A stretch of 64,000 bases of DNA, taken from positions 22,506,001-22,570,000 of the forward strand of contig CM060734.1 in assembly GCA_030704615.1 (NCBI GenBank), in the 5' to 3' direction. A program made the position numbers and the translations under genes. This DNA comes from Takakia lepidozioides (taxonomy: Eukaryota > Plantae > Bryophyta). Positions 23,260 to 36,567 of the stretch are shown here, piece by piece (the stretch's first letter is position 1; the number at the start of each line of letters is the position of its first letter). The notes below the pieces were generated by a model, which was not told the DNA's origin, did no database searches, and saw only the letters and a list, made by a program, of their open reading frames with translations.

Positions 23260-24918
23260 GGCAAGCGTACTACCATCGAAGGTTAGCCTGGCCTTCATAT
23301 ATATGCAATTCATACTTTGGTTTCTTTATTGGTGCCAACATTCTGGTATGCCCCTCCTCCTACCTGCAGTACACCCTATTCTCTTTGTCTTCTTGCCTCT
23401 GCTCATAGTGCAGCCACATTATCTTGCATCATTTATTGTCGTAAGCTATAGGGCTTGAGAAGCAGTGCTGTAATCAAACCTGCGATTTCTAGGATGATGA
23501 TAATGCTAACCAATAGTTGAACAAGGAATTCAGTGTAACTGGATTGCCTGGTGTGTGCAAGCATTAAGGAATTTGTTCGAAGTCTTGCATACCCCTGTGG
23601 CTGAAACTCTACAATTGGCTCGAGGAGGGTCAGTATGTGGGGACTATACCCTGAAGGGCATGTCATAGCAACCTGGACTTTACGAATGCAATGTTGCTTT
23701 GGGGTCAATGGTGGTACTAAAGTAGTGGTATGCGTGCATGCTTGCCAAACTTACCTGGCAATGAAGATAGTAGAAGTATTTTCACTTTACCACATTGTTA
23801 ATGAATGGAAATCCCTGTGGTGGCATGGGCAGGTGAAGTACCTGGGAGAAGAAGGGGCAGCCACACCCATTGGTGCTGCAGTGGCTGTTTGCTGTCCTTG
23901 GGATCTTGTGGTGTGTGCAAGAATCGTATTATGTGTTATTTTTATGGTTCTGGACAGATTGCTATGTCATGCAAGATTCTCTTTGTCACTGCCATCTGGT
24001 AGTGTGTCTTTCAAATTGGGTTAGTTGTAAAAGGAACATCTATCAAACTGTCTTTCTGATGCAACAAGTTTGCTACCATGTAATACACATGACAGCTGTG
24101 CAACAGATTCTGGTCAAGGCATGGAGTACAGTCACCCTACAGCAAAGCTTTGGCGTTCAGTCTTCGCCAGTATGCACGAATGTAAGTAAGCAAGCCCACC
24201 TGCGTACTGGCTCATTTCTGCTAAGGATGTAAAGGTCTGACCAGTATTTTGTCAAACCTCTGTGTCACCATCTTTGGGGCATGCAACCTCTTACAAATTG
24301 TATCACGTACCATAGATTTGCAAGCAAGGTTTGAATGTCTGTCAAAAAGGTTGGCCAAAATGTTATTTTTAAATCTCTTGTGGCCACTGTGCAGACACCA
24401 AAGTGCTCTTTCTCGGATTGCGGATTGGGATCTTTTGATAAAGGTTAGTAACTGAAATTTCTGTCACTGTCCAACCCAATCTTGAACTTTTGTGTATGGG
24501 GTATTGAATCTAACTGCTTACTTGTCATTTGTTTGACAGAATAGGACATTACACGATTTCGATAATCATTGTACACGGCTAGCTGGAAATTACAAGGTTT
24601 GTGCTGACTTTCCCATCCGGTTGCCAATTGCTAGGCAGGGGCTTTTCAGGGGAAGGGATGTGCATGTTCACAGGGGGATATTAAGTGAGAACCCAAAAGC
24701 TTGGATTGGTAACGCTTGCACTGGAAATTATAAATTGCAGTCTGGTTCTGGAAATTTGTTATGACTTGTGTTTGAACTGGACTGCAGACATTGGACACTT
24801 ATTATCGGCTATGCAGCAGCATCAACTACTTAGCAGATGTTACTGTCCCCCTTCTCTGTTTCAGTGCCTTGGATGACCCAATTTGTACAAAAGAGGCTAT
24901 TCCCTGGGATGAGTGCAA
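23260..24918 (+). pseudogene. Fragment of an EMB8/ABHD1-3-like alpha/beta hydrolase host gene (about 5 exons)
   Basis: GT-AG exons ending at 23345 (GFFIGANIL), 23833-23910 (VKYLGEEG…AVCCPWDLV), 24096-24181, 24395-24443 (HQSALSRIADW) and 24788-24918 (DTYYR…VPLLCFSALDDPICTKEAIPWDEC). The nucleophile Ser position reads Phe and one expected exon was not found. Confidence 0.8.
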
Positions 24919-26795
24919 GTGAGCTCCATTACTTTCTCTCAGCAGTGGCTAACGGAAAGTTGGAACTAGGGTAGAGTTTTTGAGCCACTTACTCAGACAG
25001 CTTAGTTCTCAGGTCACCGTCCACTTCATGGACAAGTGGTCAAGGTGCTTATACCTTGTAGTCATGTCTTGGAAGTTATGCTGTGTGCTCTATCCACATA
25101 GTACAGGGATGCGTCTACAGAAGGTAGTTAAGAGAGATACTGTGTCTCTTCTGGCTATGGAAAATTGTTGTCAGTGTTTCTAAAAGGTTCCATACAAGAT
25201 GGAAGCCCTATTGTGTCAGGAGGCAGGATCATGTAATGATGGCAGTAGGTGGAATCTACAGTCCACCTAAAAGGTATGGTTACAAGGATACTCAAACAAC
25301 ATGTGATGAGATGTATGAAAGATGGGGATCTCCTATATGACACTAAGTGACACTTAGGACATGACACTTCTAAACCCACTTAACAAGGATGGCAGGGTCA
25401 GTATCTTTTAATACCCCTTGTGCCTCTTCATACTGCTGCCTGTTGGTAGACAGACTGACAGGCCTGCCCAAAGAACATGTAAGGCAAGAAGCTATGCTGG
25501 GTACTCCCAGCTTTTCAACTCAACTCCTTGCAGAACTCACGTGTGCCATTCTGCAGTAAAGAAAGGTGGGCTCCTGTGAAAGCAAGCGTAAAGTATTGTG
25601 TCTCTTCACCCTGCCACAACCTCCCAATTGAAAGGTGGACACCTTCTAACCCCAAAACCTTTCACTTTCAACTCAATGGCCCCCAGGTACACATACATTA
25701 GGTGACTGGTTAAACCAATGACCCCCCTTTTAATGTGGTTTTTGAACCAGTGACCATTGCAAGGCAGCCTTGTGCCCTAACCACTAGGCCATCTTTCGGA
25801 TGTTTCATTTTGCAGCAAAGATAATGAGGTGCCATGAGTATATTTGGTTTCAGCCCTGCTTTGAAGTCCTGCCTGAGTGTCTGTATAACATGGCAGGTGA
25901 ATTATTTAGGTGGAGGCAAGGAGCTCTTGGATGATCCTGCAGCTCTTGCGCTTGTGGAGGTGGGCTTCCTTTAGTGCACATGTGCCCCCTCTCCTCTGCT
26001 TTGTTTCAAGGAAAGGGGCACCAAGATCAAACTTAAATATATAACTTGTTCAAGCAACATGTCAGCAAAACCCAGATAGCCGGAAAGGGCAAGCAGCAAC
26101 AAAAAATTGTAAAGACCCTCTAAAGTTTTTGAACAGAGGCCTTTCTTCTTTCTGGAGGAGGGAGTGTCAAGTTGCACAACAATACTCATGTCAGCTTAAC
26201 CCTTATAGCCAGAAGGCAAATATCTTTCATCTCTTTCTTCCCTTGCTACCTCCCCCCATGCAAATTAGGTCTGTTCCATTTAACTTGGAATTGTGAAAGA
26301 AATCATTCATGCAGCTCACGAGCATGTTGAAAGCACATGGACAATCTGAAGAAATACTCAGTAATTGGAACAGAAAGGAAACAGAAGCTATATCTGCCAG
26401 ATCATGAAGATTGGTTTAGCAACATTGTTTCTATCTCCAGAGTAAGGAAGGTTGGACAACATTCCTGTAATGTTTCAGAAAGCCTGGGGCTTAGAAAGCC
26501 TGGGGTTTTGTTTTCCAACCTCAAGGCCCAGTCGCTGCGCGGGGCTAGTGTTTCCTTGGAAACCCTAAATAGATACAAAATAATTTAAATATTACTTGAT
26601 CTAACAATGCACGCTATGGCACATCAACAATGTTGTAACTCTTATACCCTGCAATATCACATCCGGACTACATTGTCACCATACCAATTGACATTCAATA
26701 CTTGAGTGTCACCATATCAATTCACAGTCAATAGTCCAACAGTATTGATTTGATGTTGTCCGTGTCACCACATCAATTCATAGTCACTAGTCCAA

Positions 26796-27045
26796 CAGTG
26801 TATGATTTTCACAGCAGGACAACATCAAATCAATACACCATATGAATTTACACTCAATGGTCGAGCAGTATTGATTTTCAAGGCAAGACAACATCAAAAC
26901 AATACAGCATATGAATCTATACTCAATGGTCGAGCAATATTGATTTTCACGGTAGGACAACATCAAAACAATGCATCATATAATTTATATTCAATGGCTC
27001 ACCAGTATTGATATTCAAAAGCAGGACAACATCAATACAATACAC
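26796..27045. repeat. 69-bp tandem repeat, about 4 units, with an inverted partial copy near 26744-26761
   Basis: (g/a)gacaacatcaa at 26817, 26886, 26955 and 27024. Confidence 0.85.
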
Positions 27046-27294
27046 TGTGCTTAGTCAATATAAGTTGTTTCAATGTGGCATCATCACTATAATCTGTATA
27101 GAATCAGTTTGTTCGAAGCATCTTGACAATAGATTGATTACGTAATTATTGGATGCAACAACAATACTTATTCAAAAATTATTATATCAATGTGGTGTGT
27201 GGACTTTAGAGGCATTGAACTCCAAAGCAACGGTTTACGCATTGTTAATGTGTTGATTAATCACTGACTCCATTGGGTCCAAACATTTAGGTGA

Positions 27295-28741
27295 GTGCAA
27301 CGGGCTGACTGAGCGATTCAATAAGACCACTGTGCTGTTGGAGAATAATGGTTCTCTGTTGGGTGATTGGGATGTGGCTCTTCATGTGTTGATCTTTGCT
27401 TATAGGACGTCGGTTTACTCAAGTACCAAATGTTCTCCCTTTGAGTTGTTGTATGACAGCTCTTTACAATGACATTCCATTGATAACTGGCAGCACTGAA
27501 CCAGTTGATTGGGATTCATTCCTGGTTGACATGAGTGCAAAGTGGCAGAGGCTGTAATCCTTTTCTAAGACTAACATTGCTAAGGCTCAAGTTGTTCAGG
27601 CTTGCAATTATAATTGCCGTGTGTGTTATTCTGAAGAATTCCTGCAGGGCCAGTCTGTTTGTGTGCGACTTCAGCAAGGGAAGATCACCTCCAAGGCCTC
27701 CAAACGGATTGAATGACCATATCTAATTGCAGAGGTCTTGCGTGGGCGACAGTATAGGCTGTTGCCTCAACATCACTCTGTCTTACCTCTTACCCAAACT
27801 GTTCACTCTCTTGTACACTGCAAATTGGTATTTGATCTTACGTGTATCAATGCTGAAGGGAGGCGTGTAGTTCTGACCCCCGGCCGTGCATGAGTGCAGA
27901 TCATGAACTGTTTGTTTTTTTGCTCTTGATTTGGCTCTGTGCAGCGGTGGAGCTGCATCAGTGTTGTGTTGATTGGATTGACTTCACCAACTAGTATTAG
28001 TTTTTTTCAGAGTAGATAAGAGAGGGGATGGGGGCTTAAGGGACAACTCGTGTTAAGCTTGCATCACTTGTATGGATTGGGGTTTTTCCTGCTGGGCAAC
28101 TTGAAGGGTAAGGTTTTCCCCCGGAGGTTTTTTCCATTCCTATGCCTAGTCTAGATTTATTTGAATTAGTAGAATTTGGCTCGGGGAGCCTTGCTTTGGT
28201 ATTTTGTCGAAGCTTGCTGGAGCTCGCTCCTCCTAGCGTGGGCGAGTCTTACATATGTAAGATGATGGATTCCGCCTAATGCAGATACTCTTCTGTTCGT
28301 CTGATGGATGAAAAGTAGATAGGTTGTCCAATTAAGTGTGCCTAATTTTGGCCAAAGCCCTTGTCTCATTCCAACAGTACCGTAATCGGACAGGGTGGCT
28401 GCTGATGTGTGAGGGAGGATTAAGATAATCCATGCGGCCAATAAGAAGCCACCACATGCCATTCTAGATTTCCCATTTCTTTAATATAAAAGCCTCCTGG
28501 CTTAGCCCAGAGGTAGTATGTTTTGTATGATCATTATAGTGTACTTGGACAAGCTGTGCGTTTTGGATGTGAAACTCATGATGCTCCTGCATGTGATTTG
28601 ATTGGACCACCTGCTAGTTTCCTCTTGTATGAGATCCCTCCTTTCAAGCTTGGCGTGTTCTACCTGCTATTTTCCCAGCTTAGCGCCCAAGCCCACGTGA
28701 GGAAAAAGGCATATACCCCGGGTAGAGGGATTAGTCTTACA
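27295..28741 (+). mobile_element. Decayed Ty3/gypsy 3' end: integrase remnant, polypurine tract (PPT) and 3' LTR (27866-28741)
   Basis: NGLTERFNKT…DWDVAL…FAYRTS…SPFELLY, then a GPY-like remnant and a purine tract aagggaggcg followed by TGTA…TACA. Confidence 0.7.
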
Positions 28742-28758
28742 GTGGATCACAGCTTGCA

Positions 28759-29514
28759 GGGTAGTTGCAGGCTAGGGTGTCTCAGTTTAGGCAGATGGTG
28801 ACGTCCATGATAGTCCATGATTTTTTATTTTTTGTTGGAGCATATTTTTCCAGTTTAATTCTTATAAAGGTAGACAATAGTATACTTAACATCTTTAGTA
28901 AAGGGTCTAAGCCCAAATATTATAGATGTTTTTTTATTAGAAATTTTAATCTTTAATTGGAAAAAAACTTTTAAGACACAAATCCTAGAGTGTATGGCCA
29001 TTTGTCCATATACCACCTGGCCATCCTAGATTATATGTTTGTATATTTATTAATAAAAGATGATCTCCCAAAAACCCAAAAGACAATATGCTATGGACTA
29101 ATGAAAACCACCTATTTTTTGGTGTATATAAAAAAGTCCATAGCTTGGTAAAAATTTGATAGAGATCCAAACTACTTTCACCTAATGAAACATTGCACAA
29201 TTTCTAAACATGGCTTTTTGTCCTTATCACAATTGGTTAATTTTAGATATATTTTTTAGAGTCCATAGCACAATAAATTGTGCCGATGACAAAACAATGT
29301 TTTGAGGTTCAAAAATCCATAGCATTCTTATAATTCATCCAATTTACGAAAAAAATTGTTACATTATATAGGTCTTGTAGGTGTTATACAAGAACCAATG
29401 TCCTTTATAATAAAGATGAACTATCTTGAACAGAGAAAAAGATAACATGAAGCACAGTCAGTGAAAAACTGCCCGATGACGTCCAAACTGAGACACTGTA
29501 GCTCGCAACTACCC
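28759..29514. mobile_element. AT-rich non-autonomous TIR element (MITE-like)
   Basis: Left end gggtagttgcaggctagggtgtctcagttt and right-end reverse complement gggtagttgcgagctacagtgtctcagttt. No ORF; superfamily not determined. Confidence 0.8.
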
Positions 29515-30387
29515 TACAAACTTACTTGACTATTGGTTGGAAGAATCCCCGCAACTCTTCACACAATATCTGGCAAGATGACAGACAATGTGAGATTCCA
29601 AAACCCGAGCTGTGGTGGATTATGCACACTATCAAAGACCATTCTGTTTGACAACTCCATCCACTAAAATGTTCTTAAAGCTCTCAATCGAAAGACTGGC
29701 AGAAGGTGCAAAATGAACGAACAAGTTGGGGTGACAAACATGGTAATATGCGCATCAAGATGTTTTGTTCTGATTCTTTGAATAAAGTAAAAGTGGCCCA
29801 TGGAAAACAACCAATTCTTCTCTTCCAGTTTCCTTGGCTTGCAGACAGTAGGTACTAATGAATAGTGATGAGGAGCGGGTTGACTCTATGGTTATAGTTT
29901 TTGAGTGCTGGTGAACTCAGGCAAAGAAAAATGATGAGGGTCATTGTGTAATTACTAACAAGTTCTTGTTTGATATGTCGTGCGCATACATATCGCTACA
30001 CTACATCGTTGTCCAAAACCACATAACACATGTGCACACCACACACTAGTATACCACTAGTCCAACCACTAGTCAGTCACTAGGCTGCCATTATGTTGCC
30101 CACTATGGCAGTCACTAGTCCACCACAATCGCCCCCCTAGCTGGTGCTTAGGTCCTTCTAAGTCCAGATAGCCACAAGATGCGATAGTGACCGTAGCCTC
30201 ACTAAGTCCTCCACCACTGTCCTTACTACACTCAAACTCGATAGATCAAGAGGCCGGGTGCAAGAGTTGCTCCATCGTTAGTCGCCGTCTTGCAACCTCT
30301 GAACTTGAGCCTAAGATCTCGTGTATTGACTCCAATGAGCTTGGCCCCCCATGTCTTGTTAGTTGCCACTAGTCATATCCACTACCA

Positions 30388-31690
30388 CTATCCCAAGCAG
30401 TGTGGACATAACCAATCTCCATCAGGAACCCTCTCAAGAGGTGGTGTCAAGCATCCCATGTGCCAACCTCTTGAGCATCGATCACACACCAGCATAGTGG
30501 CTGCCCCTTTGGCAGACCCACAGAGCATGCACCTCAAACCTGTAGGTACCACTACCAAATTTGGGTCAACACTGCCATCGACATTGAGAAGGTGACATGG
30601 CACACAATTACGCACATAGTCCTTCCAAGTCATGTCATCCCGACCCTCTAAGATTAGGACTCCTGAGGGCAACACCTCTCGAACCCTCAGAATAACACGC
30701 CCTGCAGTGACATCCAGGGTCGTAGGAACAGTTTGCTGCAAATAAACATAGTCACCAAGGCTAAACCTCTGAACCCCAGGACGATATCCTCCACCACGTA
30801 TAGTGGCATACCTCAACGTATCACGGTGTTGTGCAATGGCAAGGTTCTCTCAAAAGCCATGGGCATGACTTTCTAGAACAACTCTGCACGTTGATCACAT
30901 GCACGTACCCACATGTCCGGATCGTCAAGGTTAAGGACTTGAGCAGTGTCCCTACGAATGGCTGCAGGCAAATCCGGCTCTCGGCCAAAGAGAAGGAAAT
31001 ATGGTGAGAAGAAGGCAAGTGATGTTTGCTTGCTGAACCTGTAGCCCATGGCTAACCAAGGTACCTGAAGATCCCAATCTCCTAGGTGTCACTTGCGCAA
31101 ACCCCTTTTCACCGTCTGAACAACTCTCTCTGCCAAGCCATCGGCCTTAGGATGATCCCGAGAAGTGGTGCGGTGGTCTATCAAGGCTTTATCACACAAA
31201 GCCTGAAACTCCCCCAAGAACTCTCTCCCTTAGTCCGTGAGTACCTCAGCTGGAGCACCGAATCGGCTAAGCACACGATCCAAGAATGCATACGCAGCCC
31301 CCTCACTAGCCTTGTTAGGCAACGGAACCAACTCAATCCACTTGGAGAAGTGCTCCACCACCACCAACACATATCTGTGGTGGCGCATCGTCAGTGGCAA
31401 CGGTCCTGTGAAGTCAAGACTCCACCTGTAGCCCAATCCCATGATCGGAAGAGGATGCAACTGGGGTGTAGGGGCGTTGAATGAAGCACGCACCTTGTCA
31501 CACACCATGCACCTAGCCATGAACTGTTGCACCTCTGTGTGCATACCACGCCACCAATATTGCCCCTGCAGTAGACTGTGAGTGCGTCGCACTCCAAAAT
31601 GCCTCAACTCCTCATGGGCATGCCACACTAACCGTGCATGCTGTGTTGGGTGAGGCACAATCCTCACCCGACCATCTTCCCACACTCAGA
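30388..31690 (-). pseudogene. Integrase (HHCC zinc finger plus core) with C-terminal PHD finger
   Basis: HEELRHFG…CMVC; WSLDFTGP; VEHFSKW; EVLTD; PHD C4HC3 pattern CMLC…VCDRCSRGWHMGCLTPPLERVPDGDWLCPHC. Confidence 0.92.
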
Positions 31691-31994
31691 GTAGGTGTAT
31701 CCCCTCCCACTTGAACCTCTTGGCTTGTTGCAGGATCCGATCTCTCTCCTTGGCAATCACAGTGTATGTCGTGTCTCCAGTACGGAGGTAGTCCTACACA
31801 GCCGAATCCTCATGTATAGCTCTGGCACCACCTGGCTCGTCACTAGCCTCAGGGTCCTCAGACACTCTATCTACAGTCATCCCTGTTGTAGGCCCAATCT
31901 GGCCTCCCGCTGCCAAGATACACAGAAATGCGGATGCGTGCCATCCCGGCACCATCTTGTCCGTCTCACCATGCCACCGAGCTCCAGTGTCATC

Positions 31995-33191
31995 CTACTG
32001 GCTCGTGCATGGATTGCGACTCAATCCATCCGCATCCCGATTGACCAAACCCGGTCGATGCACAACCTGAAAGTCATACTCCTGGAGTATGAGTGCCCAC
32101 CGTGCAAGCTTCCCCGTAAGCTTGTCTGACTCTATCAACCATTTGAGTGGATGGTGATCCGTGACAAGGGTGAAGAGATTGCCGTATAGATAGCACCTGA
32201 AGTGTGCCACGGCCCACACTGCAGCTAAGCACTCTCCCTCATATGACCTATACTAAGCCTCTGCAACGTTGTTCGAGCGGCTAGCATAAGGCACTACAAA
32301 CCCTCTTCCCTCATCATCGACCTGTGTGAGCACCGCTCCAAGCCCCAGCATGCTTCAATCTATGTGTAGCTGAAAGGGACGCCCCCTGATAGGTCGTCTC
32401 AGGATAGGCGCTGAGGTCAACCTCGCGTTGAGCTCTTGAAAAGCTCGTTCCTGCTCATCTTCCCACTGCCACTCCTAGTCCACCTTGGTCAGCTTGGTTA
32501 GAGCCTTTGCAATGGCAATAAATCCCTTGACAAACCGTCTATAATAGTTTGCCAACCCCATGAAAGCTCGAACTCGGCTCACATCCGTGGGGCGTGGAAT
32601 TTGTGCAATGGCCTCTACCTTAGTCTGCTGTACCCCCAATCCTCCAGGATATATCATGTGACCCAGATACTAAATCTGGTTGTGGAAAAACTTGCACTTC
32701 CCCGGATGCAGCTTCAATCCGTGCGCTCTCAAGCGCTCCAATACCACCTGAAGGTGTCTCTCATGCTCCTCCACCGTAGCACTGAAGATGATGATGTCAT
32801 CTATGTAGCACTGAGCAAACTCTACCCTTGCTAGAATCCTGTCCATGACTCTCTGGAACTCTGCAAGAGCGTTCTTAAGCCCGAATGGTAAGAATCGCCA
32901 CTGATATAGGCAATCCTTGCCATGCTCATTGATCCCCCATAATTCCGTCTTCTGCTTATCCGCCTCCTTGATCGGCAACTGATGATATCCGGATCGTAAA
33001 TCCAAAGTGCTAAAGACCTTAGCATGCCCAATGGCATCAAAGATCTCCTCCGGTGTTGGCATGGCATACTTATCGGACTCGGTCTGACGATTAACAGGTC
33101 GGTAATCACCGCACATACGTCTCTCCGTCCAATTGCCATAGACATCATTCTTGGCTGGCATCACTGTGGCTGAAACCGCCGTATACGTCAT
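31995..33191 (-). pseudogene. Gypsy reverse transcriptase and RNase H
   Basis: RRMCGDYRPVN, LDLRSGYHQ, LPFGLKNA, CYIDDIII, FMGLANYYRRFV, LVTDHHPLKWL, ARWALILQEYDF, DADGLSR. Confidence 0.95.
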
Positions 33192-33619
33192 CTCTCTCCT
33201 CCGGTGACAATGGGTCCAATGTCAGGCTCCCAATTGTCCTCCGTAACTGCAACCTTAAGTCGAGTGGGCTTAGAAATAGAGGACGCGTCCAGTGGTTGCT
33301 ATGTTGCATCCTCTTGAGCAGTACTCCCTGCCTACTCAGTCAATGACAAGGCCTCATCCTGCCCCATCATCTCATCCTCGAGGACTTCCTCAACCCGAGA
33401 AAAATCCCCAACCTCGTCCATCACCGCCGCCTTGGCTGCCAACTCCCTCTGAACCTCAAGCACCTCCCACGTGTGCCATGGATGCCTGCACCCCGTGGTC
33501 CTCACATGATCGCCCCCACTTGCTGCCTGTACCGTCTCGGTAGGCAAGGAGCCTGTCAAGGGAAGTGTAATGGGAGAATCAGTCCGCAACTTGCGCTGCT
33601 CAGCCATACTTAGGCTAAT

Positions 33620-34560
33620 GATCCAGGTCAAGCAATTGAGATCCATTGCTTGCCCCAACACCTGACGATGTGATGCCTCAAAAAGAGATGGCACCGCCGT
33701 GGTACCAGTGGTGAATCCATTGCCCGCTCACGCTCGTTGGCATTGGGCTCCACTAACCGCTGCAACTGGGTATCCCACAGGAAGCCAGGTCCACTATCCC
33801 GGAAAGCATGCAATCCTGGGATGCTGAGCAATGTAGGTATTGCTGCTCGTGGTTGACCCACCTTGTTGACCACTGCCAAAGGCGAACAGTCATCGTGTCT
33901 CACACGCTGAAACTGCCTCTTATGTCCAAAATGCTATCCACAGTCAGGTGCGGTGGCCGTTGCACCCCATCAAATGCACGCTTGAGTGGTGGTGTTGGCA
34001 TCAAGTTGGTTCACCATAACCGTGGACGATGAGCTCGTGACCCCACTGCAGCTGCATCCAGCAACACTGCTGACCCAAGCCACGACCAAACTTGATGCAC
34101 ACTAGCCATCACCCCGGCCCAAGTATCACCCATCAGTGGCACATTCTCCAAGATATATGTTGGAGATACAGCTTGATGAAGCTGTAAGTGTCGTAAAATC
34201 CGCACCATCTCCCAAAACAGACCCGACCTCGAGTCTCGCAATCCATTGCCATGCCCGGTCGATGAATGCCCTTGGCAAGGCCAGCCTGCCACTACCAAGT
34301 GGATGGAGCCAACCCGCTCCAAATCTTGCGCCCCCAGCAAGGAAATGTCTGCTGGTAATGCTTGCTGGTATCCACGAACTGCAGAAACCGGCAACAACTC
34401 AGGGTACTGCTGTACCAACTGGGCAACATGGCGTAGTGAGATGCGTCGTGCAGTCTCATCCCTCTCCACATACAGGTATCTCTTAACCCATACACCTGCC
34501 TATAGCACATCAGCCAATCCAGTGCTGATCCCGCCAAACAAGTCCAGAAGGCAAATGCCT
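33620..34560 (-). pseudogene. DNMT3-like C5 cytosine DNA methyltransferase domain within the gypsy polyprotein
   Basis: Motif I LLDLFGGISTG, IV AGWPCQGHS, SGLFWEMVRIL, VI ILENV, VIII RAHRPRLW, IX ERERAM, X RQVLGQAMD. Two stops and one frameshift. Confidence 0.92.
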
Positions 34561-34887
34561 TCATCCGGATACTGCCACACGATAGGTGTGGTGTCCAATG
34601 GCGACAACTGAGGTGGTCTTGGTGCAATCACCGCACTCTGCTCCTCTCCTGATGGTACAAAAGCCTCTACCCAGGCTTGTTGCACCCGCCAATCAGCAAC
34701 CCGCTGCAAATCCTTGCTCGCGCCCCATAGTGTGGTGTGAGCAATCATGGCAGACAACTCCACCGTGCCATGCATGTCATCATGCTCTGCTGGAGGTGGC
34801 ACATCCTGTCCAGAGTTGTCCAGGCATAGCTCTCCAGGCCAACTCACTGCAGCTGTGAATGCTGCTAGTGTCGGCATCTTGCCCCGC

Positions 34888-36567
34888 TGGGATGCAACTC
34901 TCCTACAAGCGGCCCAACCCACCTTAGCAAATGTGTTTTTGCTAGCAGAGCGGATAGAGCTCAACATGGTGGAGGAACGAGTGATCATGGTGGGATTTGC
35001 TAAAGAGAGACCACGGGGTAGTGATGCTCCTAGCCAACCACTACCTCAACGTGCTCAAGGCAACAAGGGGGCTCAGGTGAAGCCCAGGGAAGGACAGAGA
35101 GGACCTCAGATGCAGGGGTCTCTCCCTTCATTTGCAAGCCAACAACGGCCGGATGTGGTGTGTTGGACATGTGGAGGACCCCATGTCAAGAAGGATTGCC
35201 CAGAGAACGGCAAAGGGTTAGCCCATGCACAACCCGCACAATTGTAGTGTGGGCATTGTAGCAAGTATGGGCATGGAGACGCCCAATGCTATGACTTGCA
35301 TCCTGAGTTGCGGTCAAGCCAGTTCCAACGGAACAATGGTGGCCGGGGGCGAGGTGGAGCAGCTCAGAGAGGACGTGGTGGTCAGGCACGAGGTGCAGGC
35401 CAAGGGCAAGCTCAGCATGGCTAGGGACGTGGAGGTCAGGGTGTTGACTAAGGCATGGCCAACCGGCTTCAGCAGCTGGAGCAGAGGCTTGCTGCCATGG
35501 CCACAGCTCAGGTGGTACCAGTTCCAAGGCTTGAGGGTCCACCTCCTGCTCCTGAGGGAGGAGATATGGGAGGCATGGGATTCATGTGCGGGGCAGCTCT
35601 ACCACTAGTGCAGATAGAGTCTGCTACAGCCGTGACTCGAGGAGCAGCACGAGTTCCTAATCCACGAGGTGCAGAGGTGGAGTTGGATCCACAGCGTGGG
35701 GAGGCAAGCCGTCAGGCTAGGCTGCCCCAATCATTCACATTGGCGGAGACAGTGTCGACACCATCCATGGCACCTAGTTCTCGTCCGACTGCTATCGAGG
35801 CAGAGGTTACTATGTTATTGGGGAGAGCCACATGGGCAGCACCACTACCTGCTGCCAAGGCTACGGCAGCTAGTGTGCTGTTGGGGGCGGCCAAATCTGT
35901 GTGCCAGGCTCCATTGTTCTCGGCTACCATGATTGCGACGCCGGGGGTACAACCAGCTGCAGTGTTTAGATTGGCAGCTACACTCTATGAGAGTAGGGAG
36001 GTCACTTCATCTTCTGCGGAGATAGTGGAAGATGTAGTGGCGGAGGGATCCTCGGATTTGAGGGTCAAGACTACCACGGCGGCGCCATGGTAAGCTGCAG
36101 CTGCCAGCTAGGCCAGCCATTGAGCGGGCCATGGTGACACCTGAGGTTTTCTTGTTAGACAACCAAGATGACATTTTCTGTTTGAGTGGACCGGCAGGCA
36201 AGAGGTACCGACCACTGAGGGTCTTATTGTACTCAGGAGCTCAGTCACTGATGTTGGGTAGAGCTGCTATTGCAGGTTTGGGCCTCACGGAGGCGGATTT
36301 GGAGCCATGTCCTTTCCAGATACAGACATCTCTGGGGGGATCAGAGCAGGCTCGGGGCATGATACGGCGAGAGTTGGCTATCAGACTACAGCCGGATCAC
36401 CCTACAGATGGCTCAGTAATGCGAGCCAAGGCCATTGTGACAGACGCGGTCTCTTACGATGTCCTAGTTGGTGGGGCTTCACCCTGGATTTTTGGGAGGA
36501 GACAACCTCCTATAGGCCTGGATGGCAATCAGGGGAGGGCCGACGTGTGCAACTCCCTATGACATTC
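34888..36567 (+). pseudogene. Inverted gag C-terminus (zinc knuckles) plus aspartic protease of the DNMT-gypsy element
   Basis: CWTCGGPHVKKDC and CGHCSKYGHGDAQC; protease RVLLYSGA (Y at the catalytic D) …YDVLVG. Joins the minus-strand gag (36568-36880, …GILDKELRRRV) when flipped. Confidence 0.8.

Noticed and set aside
28660-28740. Twister ribozyme-like string (gcgcccaagccc…gggtagaggg)
   Set aside because: The UAA cleavage-site loop and convincing P2/P4 pairing are absent, and the string lies at an LTR end.
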